Shown here piece after piece: positions 22,133 to 31,358 of a stretch of 64,000 nucleotides of DNA (position 1 is its first letter; every line of letters starts with the position of its first letter). The DNA is from Candidatus Latescibacterota bacterium (lineage in GTDB: Bacteria > Latescibacterota > UBA2968). Both the position numbers and the translations under genes were made by a program. The stretch lies in NCBI GenBank assembly GCA_965208125.1, contig OZ242320.1, forward strand, positions 1,344,001-1,408,000, written 5' to 3'. The notes under the pieces are model-generated. The model did not search any database, was not told the DNA's origin, and saw only the letters and a list, made by a program, of their open reading frames with translations.

Positions 22133-22192
22133 TTCATAGTTCTGACCTGTATTTTGTACGACAGGAGCCGGGACGGCACAGGGGCCGTCCCC
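22133..22192. repeat. Third glnA stub with truncated REP
   Basis: Matches 17273 onward, then breaks at GTCCCC and joins GCCCCTCAATTTATG. Confidence 0.85.
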
Positions 22193-22201
22193 AGCCCCTC
22201 A

Positions 22202-22364
22202 ATTTATGGATAGAAAACTTATTGGCTTACCAGGGTATTTTTTATTATTCTTTGCCGCACTTCGGTTACAAACGTTTCTTATTGCTCCATAGTTTTAAAA
22301 AGAGCTTCTCAGAAAGAGTACACAACTATAGGGGCTTATTTTTCCAAGAGGGAGGACCATCGCG
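22202..22364 (+). promoter_or_regulatory. Conserved but more diverged promoter and leader of Cache genes 3-4
   Basis: Homologous to the other two leaders. Confidence 0.65.
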
Positions 22365-24212
22365 ATGAAAACCCGAACATCACTCACATACATGATTCCT
22401 GTTGTCGGACTGCTCGTGTTGGCCGGCGTCTTTTCCAATGCGCCTCCCGCCCTGGCAGATTGTCCACTCCCCGCTGGCGTGACGCCGCCTGAGGATCCGC
22501 GCGTTACTGCCCAGCAGGTGGAAGACGGCAGCGCTACCCTGAGGGACTTCGCGCTGGCCGTGAGAGATCGATATAAGACCCCGATAAGCACTCTGGAAGG
22601 AGCACTATACTTTCAATGTCTCGTCAGGCAGGAGGGGAGTTCTTATCGTTCCGGTTCCACCTACCTCGTGCAACTGACGCCCGACGGCAGGGTGTACGAA
22701 CACGCGAAGTCCATGGCATTGTCGGGCAGACTACTCAACCCCTTGATTTATGCAGAGATCCTTTCTGCGCTGGGCGTCTCCCCAACCGTTCTGGCCGACC
22801 TATCTTCTCCCGATCCTGCTATCGCCGCCCAGGCTGGCGCCGCCGTCTTTAACACATTATCTCAAGAACCGGATGCCGCATTCGATGCGACCACCCCTAT
22901 TCCAGGCCTGCGACCTGGCATACCAGGTGCCTCCGGCCATGCCGCCGTATTTTTGTTGGGCGATTCAGGGCTCCCGATCCTGCTGCTCACCGGGTTCGAT
23001 CTCAGTGAGTCTCACTTGGTTCCCATTAGCGATGAAGCAATCGATTACGGCGACCCGGCCGTTACTGCCAGGGACGTAGTAGATCGCGAAACCTTGAAGG
23101 CCTTCGTCACGGAAGCAGGTGAGTACTTTATCGCAATCCAGGAGAATGCCACCAGTCCATCCGATATCGCGAAACTCAGGATCGCCGCGCGCGATCCGAA
23201 CGGGCCCTGGAGACACGGTCCCGTGTATCTCTACGTCCTGGATCTTACCAGCAACATCATCCTGTTTCACGGCGCGTTTCCGGACAGATTCGAGTGGCTA
23301 CCTCTGGTGGCGACCGTCCGAGACGAGGTTACCGGATGGCTCATTCTGCCTCAGGTCATCGAGGCGGCGAAGAGTAGTCCGGAAGGCGGCTTCGTGGAAT
23401 ATTACTTCGACGATCCCAACGACGACACAGACAGCGCCGACATCCCCAAGGTGGGATACGCACGCGAGTTCACTACTACAGTCGGGAGGCCTGACGGAAC
23501 CGCATTCACACTAAACCTCGTCATTGGGTCGGGTTATTATGGGCGTGCGCCCGATGGTGTCTCGACTGACCCCCGCACAGAAGTGGAAGTCACAGTTATG
23601 GGCGACGCCATCGAGGGATTGACCGTCGAATTTGCTCGATCCATCGCTGGCCAACAGCCCGACTACGCCTATAACGCTGTCACCGATGCCAATGGCTCTT
23701 TGTCCCTCACCATCTCCAGCGCGAATGGGGTAAGCGGTTACTATACAGCCCGCGCCCGCAACGCCGCTGGCGAAATCGTCGGCCAATGGCACAGCATTCC
23801 CCTCAATCACAATCAACGCCAGGTCCTGGAACTGACCCTGGGCGGCGGCATGAAGGTCGTACGCGTCGAACCACTGGCCGCAGCCAAGCCAGTGGTCGCA
23901 ACCGAGCCCGTGTTATCAGCCGAGACAGTGCCAGAAGTTAGTGGACTGGCGCCCAACTTTCCCAACCCATTCAACAGCGCCACCCTGATAACCTACCACC
24001 TGTCCAGTCCCGGTCCGGTGCAACTGGTAATCTACAATGTGCTGGGTCAGCCGGTACGCACATTGGTGGATCAATCCCAGGCCGCAGGCTCCTATCAGGT
24101 TCGGTGGGATGTCCTCGATCAGCGGGGCGTCTCGCTATCGACGGGGGTCTATATCGCACGCCTGAGCTATCCTAACGGAGTGCAGACCCAACGGCTACTC
24201 TACCTCAAGTAG
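22365..24212 (+). CDS. Secreted Cache-domain protein, copy 3
   Basis: Same architecture as copy 1. Confidence 0.85.
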   Translation: MKTRTSLTYMIPVVGLLVLAGVFSNAPPALADCPLPAGVTPPEDPRVTAQQVEDGSATLRDFALAVRDRYKTPISTLEGALYFQCLVRQEGSSYRSGSTYLVQLTPDGRVYEHAKSMALSGRLLNPLIYAEILSALGVSPTVLADLSSPDPAIAAQAGAAVFNTLSQEPDAAFDATTPIPGLRPGIPGASGHAAVFLLGDSGLPILLLTGFDLSESHLVPISDEAIDYGDPAVTARDVVDRETLKAFVTEAGEYFIAIQENATSPSDIAKLRIAARDPNGPWRHGPVYLYVLDLTSNIILFHGAFPDRFEWLPLVATVRDEVTGWLILPQVIEAAKSSPEGGFVEYYFDDPNDDTDSADIPKVGYAREFTTTVGRPDGTAFTLNLVIGSGYYGRAPDGVSTDPRTEVEVTVMGDAIEGLTVEFARSIAGQQPDYAYNAVTDANGSLSLTISSANGVSGYYTARARNAAGEIVGQWHSIPLNHNQRQVLELTLGGGMKVVRVEPLAAAKPVVATEPVLSAETVPEVSGLAPNFPNPFNSATLITYHLSSPGPVQLVIYNVLGQPVRTLVDQSQAAGSYQVRWDVLDQRGVSLSTGVYIARLSYPNGVQTQRLLYLK

Positions 24213-24241
24213 CACCAATTTCTTTGAGAAGGAGAACCATC

Positions 24242-26059
24242 GTGTTGAAAACTCGAACATTACTCACTATTCCCGTTGTTGGACTGCTCGTGCTGGCTGG
24301 CGTCTTTTCCAATGCGCCCCCCGCCCTGGCAGAATGTGAACTCCCTCCCGGCGTGACGCCTCCTCCGGATCCGCGTGTGACGGCGCAACAGGTGGAAGAT
24401 GGCAGCGGTAGCCTGAAGGACTTCGCGCTGGCCGCGAGGGAACGATTTGGTATTGAGACCCAGACAATTGCGACTCTGGAACAAGTGTTATACTCTGCAT
24501 GTCTCCTCAGACAAGAGGGGAGTCCCTGGCGTTCCGGTTCCACTTACCTCGTGTCACTGCTGCCCGACGGCAGGGTGTTGATTCACGCGAAATCCATGGC
24601 ATTGTCGGGCAGACTGCTCAACCCCTTGATTTATGCAGAGATCCTTTCTGCGCTGGGCGTCGAACTAACTGATCTGATCAACCTATCTTCTCCCGATCCT
24701 GCTATCGCCGCCCAGGCTGGCGCCGCCGTCTTTAACACATTGTCGCAAGAACCGGATGCCGCATTCGATGCGACCAGCCCTATTCCAGGCCTGCGACCTG
24801 GCATACCAGGTGCCTCCGGCTATGCCGCCGTATATGTGTCGGTCAATTTTGGGTCCCCGATTGTGCTGCTCGCCGGGTTCGATCTCAATGAAACTCACCT
24901 GGTCGAAGAAGACATCGATTACGGCGACCCGACCACTACTGCCAGGGACGTAGTAGATCGCGAAACCCTGAAGGCCTTTGTCACGGAAGCGGGGGAGTAC
25001 TTTCTCGCATTTCAGGAGGCTGGCGATTTCGCCGGCTCGTGGAAAGCCAGGACCGCCTTGCGGGATCCAAGCGGACCCTGGAGACACGGTTCCGTGTACC
25101 TCTACATCCTGGATCTTACCAGCAACATCATCTTATTTCACGGCGCGTTTCCCAACAGATACGAGCTGCGGCCTCTGGTTGCGACTGTCCGGGACGTCGT
25201 TACTGGAGAGCTCATTCTGCCTCAAGTCATCGAGGCGGCAAAAAATAACCCGGAAGGCGGCTTCGTGGAATATTACTTCGACGATCCCACTGACGACACA
25301 GACAGCGCCGACATCCCCAAGGTGGGATACGCACGCGAGTTCACAAGTGAAATCCGGGTAGGCGGACGCGTACTCCCGTTCAACTACATCGTCGGGTCGG
25401 GTTTTTATGGGCGCGATGATGTTGTCTCGACCGATCCTCGTACAGAAGTAGAAGCCACGGTCCTGGGCAACGCCGTTGAGGGATTGACCGTCGCGTTTGC
25501 GCGATCCATCGCAGGCCAACAGCCCGACTACGCCTATAACGCTGTCACAGATGCCAATGGCTCTTTGTCCCTCACCATCTCCAACCCAGATGGGGTGAGC
25601 GGTTACTATCAGGCACGCGCCCACAACGCCGATGGCGAAACCGTTGGCCAGTGGCACAGCATTCCCCTCAATCGCAATCAACGCCAGGTCCTGGAACTGA
25701 CCCTGGGCGGCGGTATGAAGGTCGTACGCGTCGAACCACTAACCGCGTCCAAGCCCGTGGCAGTATCCGAGACAGTGCCAGAAGTTAGTGGACTGGCGCC
25801 CAACTTTCCCAACCCATTCAACAGCGCCACCCTGATAACCTACCACCTGTCCAGCCCCGGTCCAGTGCAATTGGTGATCTACAATGTGCTGGGGCAGCCA
25901 GTACGCACGTTGGTGGATCAATCCCAGGCCGCAGGCTCCTATCAGATTCGGTGGGATGTCCTCGATCAGCGGGGCGTCTCGCTATCGACGGGGGTCTATA
26001 TCGCACGCCTGAGCTATCCCGGCGGAGTGCAGACCCAACGGCTGCTCTACCTCAAGTAG
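24242..26059 (+). CDS. Secreted Cache-domain protein, copy 4 (GTG/TTG start)
   Basis: Same architecture; AGGAG RBS; begins 29 bp after copy 3 with no promoter block of its own. Confidence 0.85.
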   Translation: MLKTRTLLTIPVVGLLVLAGVFSNAPPALAECELPPGVTPPPDPRVTAQQVEDGSGSLKDFALAARERFGIETQTIATLEQVLYSACLLRQEGSPWRSGSTYLVSLLPDGRVLIHAKSMALSGRLLNPLIYAEILSALGVELTDLINLSSPDPAIAAQAGAAVFNTLSQEPDAAFDATSPIPGLRPGIPGASGYAAVYVSVNFGSPIVLLAGFDLNETHLVEEDIDYGDPTTTARDVVDRETLKAFVTEAGEYFLAFQEAGDFAGSWKARTALRDPSGPWRHGSVYLYILDLTSNIILFHGAFPNRYELRPLVATVRDVVTGELILPQVIEAAKNNPEGGFVEYYFDDPTDDTDSADIPKVGYAREFTSEIRVGGRVLPFNYIVGSGFYGRDDVVSTDPRTEVEATVLGNAVEGLTVAFARSIAGQQPDYAYNAVTDANGSLSLTISNPDGVSGYYQARAHNADGETVGQWHSIPLNRNQRQVLELTLGGGMKVVRVEPLTASKPVAVSETVPEVSGLAPNFPNPFNSATLITYHLSSPGPVQLVIYNVLGQPVRTLVDQSQAAGSYQIRWDVLDQRGVSLSTGVYIARLSYPGGVQTQRLLYLK

Positions 26060-26068
26060 CACCGAACG

Positions 26069-26101
26069 AAGAAAGCCCCTGAAAATTCAGGGGCTTTCTT
26101 T
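26069..26101 (+). terminator. Intrinsic terminator after copy 4
   Basis: AAGAAAGCCCCTGAA-AA-TTCAGGGGCTTTCTTT. Confidence 0.9.
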
Positions 26102-26326
26102 GTGAGAAATCTAAAACAGCTATGCTACACCTCGTCTTTTGTGAGCCTATTCAAATATTTATACGTATAACCCGTTATTTTTAATAAAAATAAAAAAATC
26201 CTTAAAGAAATATCCCAGACCGAGTTTTATACCAATTAGACGGTATATCGTCCAATATTTCGACCAATGGATGAAATATAATCCTCAGACTATATTTTGT
26301 CACCATTTATAATCCGTTTAACCATG

Positions 26327-26360
26327 AAAAAAGGGGTTATGCAATAAAAGCATAACCCCT
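26327..26360 (-). terminator. Hairpin/terminator 3' of tRNA-Pro
   Basis: AGGGGTTATGC-N7-GCATAACCCCT with a T-tract on the minus strand. Confidence 0.8.
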
Positions 26361-26369
26361 GTCTTATTA

Positions 26370-26446
26370 TGGTCGGAGCGACTGGATTTGAACCAGCGAC
26401 CCCCATCACCCCAAGATGGTGCGCTACCGAGCTGCGCTACGCTCCG
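26370..26446 (-). tRNA. tRNA-Pro(GGG)
   Basis: Reverse complement CGGAGCGTAGCGCAGCTCGGTAGCGCA-CCATC-TTGGGGT-GATGG-GGGTCGCTGGTTCAAATCCAGTCGCTCCGACCA: 77-nt cloverleaf with encoded CCA. Confidence 0.97.
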
Positions 26447-26510
26447 ACAACTCGTTCGAGAATGAATTTACCCATTTTGTTAGAGACCGTCAATATTAAA
26501 GGCATTCAGC

Positions 26511-26578
26511 GGGCGACCACAGGGGGTCGCCCCTACAAACCACAAGATCATCGTAGGGGACGGCCCCTGTGCCGTCCC
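26511..26578. repeat. REP pair A(-)/B(+)
   Basis: Copies at 26511-26536 and 26553-26578. Confidence 0.9.
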
Positions 26579-26602
26579 GGCAGTCAGCCTAATCGCCCAC
26601 CT

Positions 26603-27475
26603 CTACCTACCCGAACTCAGAAAACTTTCCGATTGCAGATCCACATCAAAAATGCGAATAAATTGATGGGGCTTTTTCGTCTCGCCGATCAACTCGGGTA
26701 TGCCATCGCCATCGAGATCCGCGTAGCCAATCTTATCACCAAAGCCATCGCGGTATTCCCACTCAACGCGTTGATAAGTCGCGCCAATAACAAACCCCGT
26801 ATTGAGTACAATCTCAAGCTCACCGTCATCATCGAGATCGCCAACAGCCATACTCTGTGCCCATAGCCCCTGCTCACTGCTCCATTCTAAAAACAGATTT
26901 TTGCAATCGAACACAAACAACCGCCCAATCTGTGCGGCGCGATCCTGGTCGAGATTATCGCGCGATCCACCCGGCGGCCGATAGCTCCGGCTCTCTGCAG
27001 CATCCTCGCCGCAAAACACCAGCTCGAGCTGCGGGTCGTCATCAATATTTTCAACCACCATAGCCGAAACCGATGCAAACTCATTGTCCGGACTTCGCCA
27101 TATTTCGTGGAAGTCGCTGGCGCGATAAAACGCAATATCTCCAGCATGGGTATATGCAACGATCTCAAGCTCGTCATCGACATCGATATCCAGAACAAAA
27201 ACCTCTGCAATCTCCGATCTCAGAGGAGGACTTCTCCACACCTCTCGAAAGCGCCCCTCTTGCATTTCCAACACGTAAACTGACCCATGCCGATCGCCAT
27301 ACACAATGCGCGGTGCCTCATCACCTCTTCCCGCAATTGCTTTTACAGCTCGCATCTCGGGTACAAATCCGCCAAAAGAGATCGCGTCATCATCCTTCCA
27401 ATGAAACCACGCCAGATCGGTCGCTGAAATTGTAGATGCAAGAGCAACAAGCAAAAGCAGAATCTTGATAACCAT
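26603..27475 (-). CDS. Secreted FG-GAP/VCBS-like repeat protein
   Basis: Signal peptide; repeats DIDVDDELEIV, NIDDDPQLELV, DLDDDGELEIV, DLDGDGIPELI. Confidence 0.8.
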   Translation of the reverse strand: MVIKILLLLVALASTISATDLAWFHWKDDDAISFGGFVPEMRAVKAIAGRGDEAPRIVYGDRHGSVYVLEMQEGRFREVWRSPPLRSEIAEVFVLDIDVDDELEIVAYTHAGDIAFYRASDFHEIWRSPDNEFASVSAMVVENIDDDPQLELVFCGEDAAESRSYRPPGGSRDNLDQDRAAQIGRLFVFDCKNLFLEWSSEQGLWAQSMAVGDLDDDGELEIVLNTGFVIGATYQRVEWEYRDGFGDKIGYADLDGDGIPELIGETKKPHQFIRIFDVDLQSESFLSSGR

Positions 27476-27485
27476 AGTGAACTCC

Positions 27486-28397
27486 TCAAAATATCTCAAT
27501 AGTGAGATAGCGTTTGGGATTCCGCTTGATATCTGCAATAAGACTATCCACAGACGTCAATGTGCGATCCAGATGCTCGTACACCGCTTCGTCCTTAACC
27601 AAACGCCCGACCGTACCGCGTCCGTCTCGTATCCCTTTGGAAATATCATCGAGATTGGCAAATGTATTCTGCATAGCAACCGAAGTCGATTCCATCTGTG
27701 CCGAAATCCGCGCAAGGCGTTCCATAGTCACTGCTATATTGGTCACGGCAATACTCAAATTTTCGCGATTATCCCGCATCAAACCACTCGCATCGCCCGT
27801 CGCCACCGCCAAACTGTCGAGCATCTTATCGACCTTACCCAGATTATCGTCATTCAATAACCGGTTGAGATAGTACGCAGTCGTATCAATACGCGAAAGA
27901 ACGCTTTCCAGATGCGCGAGATTATTCTCACTGGCTACGCCATCTACTGCACCGCGGATTTTTTCGATCATAAGCCTGCTTTCAGACACCATCGCATCGA
28001 GATCTGAAGCAGAAGTCCCCTGCACAACAGCACCATCTGGAAGACGCTGTTCCGACTCCCCCAACTGAATTTCGATCATCTGTCCACCCAGCAGACCGTC
28101 GGATTTGAGTAAAAAACGCGAATCCACGGGCAAATCTCTCACTGAGGCAAATCCAAGTGCAACAAAAGGCAATCCATCCTCAAGGGTTATAGACAACACC
28201 TTTCCCACCCGCACCCCGCGGAACGTCACGGGATTGCCCACTTGAAGCCCCGGCACACTGTCGAACTTAGCATGGATGCGATATCCACCAGCCGCACCAG
28301 CATAGCGCTCAGAGAGCCACACTGTGCCGACCACCAGAATAACGGCTGCAAAAAATACGACTGCGCCCAGGATAATTTCTTGACGGCGATTTCTCAT
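27486..28397 (-). CDS. mlaD: MlaD/MCE family protein
   Basis: N-terminal TM, GLQVGNPVTFRGVRVGKV, GLLGG, GTVGRLV. Confidence 0.92.
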   Translation of the reverse strand: MRNRRQEIILGAVVFFAAVILVVGTVWLSERYAGAAGGYRIHAKFDSVPGLQVGNPVTFRGVRVGKVLSITLEDGLPFVALGFASVRDLPVDSRFLLKSDGLLGGQMIEIQLGESEQRLPDGAVVQGTSASDLDAMVSESRLMIEKIRGAVDGVASENNLAHLESVLSRIDTTAYYLNRLLNDDNLGKVDKMLDSLAVATGDASGLMRDNRENLSIAVTNIAVTMERLARISAQMESTSVAMQNTFANLDDISKGIRDGRGTVGRLVKDEAVYEHLDRTLTSVDSLIADIKRNPKRYLTIEIF

Positions 28398-28400
28398 ACG

Positions 28401-29144
28401 CTACCCCAATCTGCCCTGAACAAACAATTCGAAAACCTCATTGCCAGATGCTTCGACATCTTCCATTGCACCTTGAACCACTGCTTTACCATCATAGAGC
28501 AGGGCAACCCGATCTGAAACGCGTCGGGCAAGGGGCATATCGTGAGTAACGACTACCGATGTCACATTGAGTTCCGATTGCAATTTAAGTATATAGTCGC
28601 CCACAACACTGGATGTATTTGGATCCAGACCCGTTGTGGGTTCATCGTAAAGAATAAAATCGGGTTCCATCGCAATCGCCCGCGCAAGTGCCGCGCGTTT
28701 TCTCATTCCCCCCGACAACTCAACCGGCATCCTGGCCTCTGTACCCGCCAACCGCACGGCATCGAGACATACATGCACGCGCTCTGCAATTTCTTCTTCG
28801 GACATCCTGGTGTGCATACGCAACCCAAAAGCCACATTTTCTTTTACTGTCATAGAATCAAAAAGCGCCGAAGACTGAAATAAAACACCAATGCGCTTGC
28901 GCAACTCAATCAACTCACCGCGACGAATCCGCTCCATGTCATAACCGGCAACGACGACCTTTCCCTCATCGGCCCGCTCAATCCCAATAACATGCTTTAA
29001 GGTCACACTTTTGCCGCATCCACTCGGTCCCAAAATAGTCGTAATCTCAGACCGGGGAACCCGCAGGTCAAGCCCTTTCAGCACGGGTTGTGCATCAAAA
29101 GACTTAAACACCTCGACAAATTCAATAGCCGTTTCAGTCGCCAT
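28401..29144 (-). CDS. mlaF: MlaF-type ABC ATPase
   Basis: GPSGCGKS, FQSSALFDS, LSGGMRKR, LYDEPTTGLDP. Confidence 0.93.
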   Translation of the reverse strand: MATETAIEFVEVFKSFDAQPVLKGLDLRVPRSEITTILGPSGCGKSVTLKHVIGIERADEGKVVVAGYDMERIRRGELIELRKRIGVLFQSSALFDSMTVKENVAFGLRMHTRMSEEEIAERVHVCLDAVRLAGTEARMPVELSGGMRKRAALARAIAMEPDFILYDEPTTGLDPNTSSVVGDYILKLQSELNVTSVVVTHDMPLARRVSDRVALLYDGKAVVQGAMEDVEASGNEVFELFVQGRLG

Positions 29145-29148
29145 AATG

Positions 29149-29934
29149 TTAATACAACAACGCGTGTGTTAAAAAATAATCGAGAATGAGAACAAGCGCA
29201 GAAGATATCACAACTGCAGCCGTGGCAGCCCGTCCAACGCCCTGCGCACCACCTGCGGTGCAAAGCCCCATATAAGCACCCATAAACGTCAGTAACCCAC
29301 CATAAACAACGGATTTGACCAACCCAACAAAAACATCATACACCTCAAAATAGAGCTTCATACCTTTGACTAATTCTGTAGGCGTAATAGCCATCTTGAT
29401 CATCGACATACCAAACCCGCAGATAATCGCGACCAAAAAAGAATAAACCACGAGAACTGGAACCATAATCCAGCCAGCGAGTATTCGGGGTAACATAAGG
29501 TACCCCACAGGATCGACAGCCATTGACGTGAGCGCATCTACTTGCTCTGAGACTTTCATGGTACCGAGTTCAGACGCAACGCCCGCCCCCACCCTGCCCG
29601 CGAGCACGAGACCCAACAAAATAGGCGACAGCACGAGTATCACAGAGCGGACCATAAGCGCCCCAACCATATAGTCGGGCACGTAAGTCTCCATCTGATA
29701 AGCCGTCTGAATAGCGACCGCCATCCCGCTAAAAGCCGAAATCAGGCAAACCAGGGGCAAAGAGCCAACACCAACAGCATAACACTGTTCAATAATCTGA
29801 TGTCGATAGAGGTAGAGATGCCGCATTTCCGTCACGCACTGGACGCCATAGCAGAACATCTGGAAAACCTGGATGAAAAATGCGGCGAGTTGCCCACCGA
29901 GGAATGCAAATAATCGGCCCATAGTGAAGCCCAA
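29149..29934 (-). CDS. mlaE: MlaE-type permease
   Basis: AGRVGAGVASELGTMKVSEQVDAL, GGAQGVG. Confidence 0.93.
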   Translation of the reverse strand: MGFTMGRLFAFLGGQLAAFFIQVFQMFCYGVQCVTEMRHLYLYRHQIIEQCYAVGVGSLPLVCLISAFSGMAVAIQTAYQMETYVPDYMVGALMVRSVILVLSPILLGLVLAGRVGAGVASELGTMKVSEQVDALTSMAVDPVGYLMLPRILAGWIMVPVLVVYSFLVAIICGFGMSMIKMAITPTELVKGMKLYFEVYDVFVGLVKSVVYGGLLTFMGAYMGLCTAGGAQGVGRAATAAVVISSALVLILDYFLTHALLY

Positions 29935-30083
29935 TAGTGAGGCGGGTTAAAAGGATCCAGAAAGCGTGTAAAATCTACACTCCATTTTTAAATAAATCAA
30001 CCCTTTTTGCTGCAAGAGCCCGCACAGAAAAGGCGGCCCTGGAAAAACCAGAACCGCCTTTAATACTTCGAAGACACATGGTA

Positions 30084-31019
30084 TCAGACCAGATCTTCCA
30101 CTTTTCCACCCGGCACATTTCTCCGAAAATATCGCTGCAACTTGGCAAGCGCGCGATTGCGAATCTGGCGCACGCGCTCTCGGGTAACACCCAGAGAACA
30201 GCCAATATCACTCAGCGTCCGACGCTCATCTCCGTCGAGACCAAAATAAGCGCGAATAACATCTCGCTCTCGGGGATCCAGAGAATCATTGAGAGACCGC
30301 GATATGAACTCGGACTGATCCCGGTATATCACGAGCTGATCTGGATCCTCTTCATCGGCCTCGAGCAGATTCATCAGCGGTTGCTCGCCCGCCGTATCTA
30401 CAGGCGCAGACAAAGACAGGTCTGGGCGCACACAGCGCAACGCCCGCTCAGCGCGTTGGTTGCTGATCTTCATATCGCTGGCAACTTCGTCCAGCGCAGG
30501 CACGCGCCCCAGTTCCTGTGTCATCTGCCCCCAGCGACGCGCCATCCGGTCCATATCCTCCTGGCGATTTGCAGGCATAACCACATTAGATGTGCGCTTG
30601 AGCGCGTTGAGAATACACTGTCGAATCCACCACACCGCATAGCTGATGAACTTAAACCCGCGTTCTTCGTCAAATCGCTTGAGGGCTTCCATCAATCCCA
30701 TATTGCCCTCGGCAATCAAATCGGCAAGGGGCACGCCTCGCCCCTGATACTCGAGTGCAACACTGACGACAAAACGCAAGTTTGACGTAATAATCTTGTC
30801 AATAGCCGCTTGATTTCCCCGTTTGGCCTTGCGAAGAATCTTTTGTTCCTCTTCTCGGCTCAATGGGGGGTACTTACGCAGTTCCTTGAGATAGCTCTGA
30901 ACAGAAGCTTCGCGCGCGTACTGCGTCTCTTGTTGAGTGTATTCCATTTTATCTCCTACCTCTTGTTCCTTCTTACCCGCCTCAGTGCGGGATCCTGGCG
31001 CAACAGTTGGCGTTTCCAC
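30084..31019 (-). CDS. Sigma-70 factor of RpoD/SigA type lacking region 1.1
   Basis: SNLRFVVSVA, DLIAEGNMGL, FKFISYAVWWIRQ, TRERVRQI. Confidence 0.95.
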   Translation of the reverse strand: METPTVAPGSRTEAGKKEQEVGDKMEYTQQETQYAREASVQSYLKELRKYPPLSREEEQKILRKAKRGNQAAIDKIITSNLRFVVSVALEYQGRGVPLADLIAEGNMGLMEALKRFDEERGFKFISYAVWWIRQCILNALKRTSNVVMPANRQEDMDRMARRWGQMTQELGRVPALDEVASDMKISNQRAERALRCVRPDLSLSAPVDTAGEQPLMNLLEADEEDPDQLVIYRDQSEFISRSLNDSLDPRERDVIRAYFGLDGDERRTLSDIGCSLGVTRERVRQIRNRALAKLQRYFRRNVPGGKVEDLV

Positions 31020-31358
31020 TTTTGATTGTCACCCCCTCCCAGAAGTGCGTTGTTTAATGAACTGCTCCCGGCTTATCTCATGCAGGGACATGTGGACACC
31101 TCTTCTTAAACGCGCCTGACAGTCACAAAGTTTCACAACTTCGACATAATATTTGGACATGTGCCAGGCTTTTTCTTTATTACTCTTCATCCCCTGTTAC
31201 ATCTTAGATACACGCCACACATCTAAAGGTTTCAAAATAGTGAATGCGCGGGAGAAGATCTCGAATTGCTTGCGGAACCGGTGCCGAAAGGCTATCTTGC
31301 CCGCTGCCTGGCAATGATACGCGATTTTAACGCTGTGTTTACAAAGAAAGGAAAAACA

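Noticed and set aside
17638-26059. Diversity-generating retroelement acting on the Cache genes
   Set aside because: No reverse transcriptase or non-coding template repeat in the window; differences include indels and are not confined to adenines.
19964-26259. 12-bp match TCGTCCAATATT at 19964 and 26248 as att sites
   Set aside because: Short, in AT-rich context, not part of the tRNA, and not aligned with the duplication boundaries.
26369-26866. 165-aa ORF starting MVGATGFEP
   Set aside because: It is the antisense reading of tRNA-Pro plus REPs.
31086-31163. GGACATGTG twice in the sigma/aminotransferase divergent region
   Set aside because: A 9-bp match with no recognisable regulator consensus; too weak to call.
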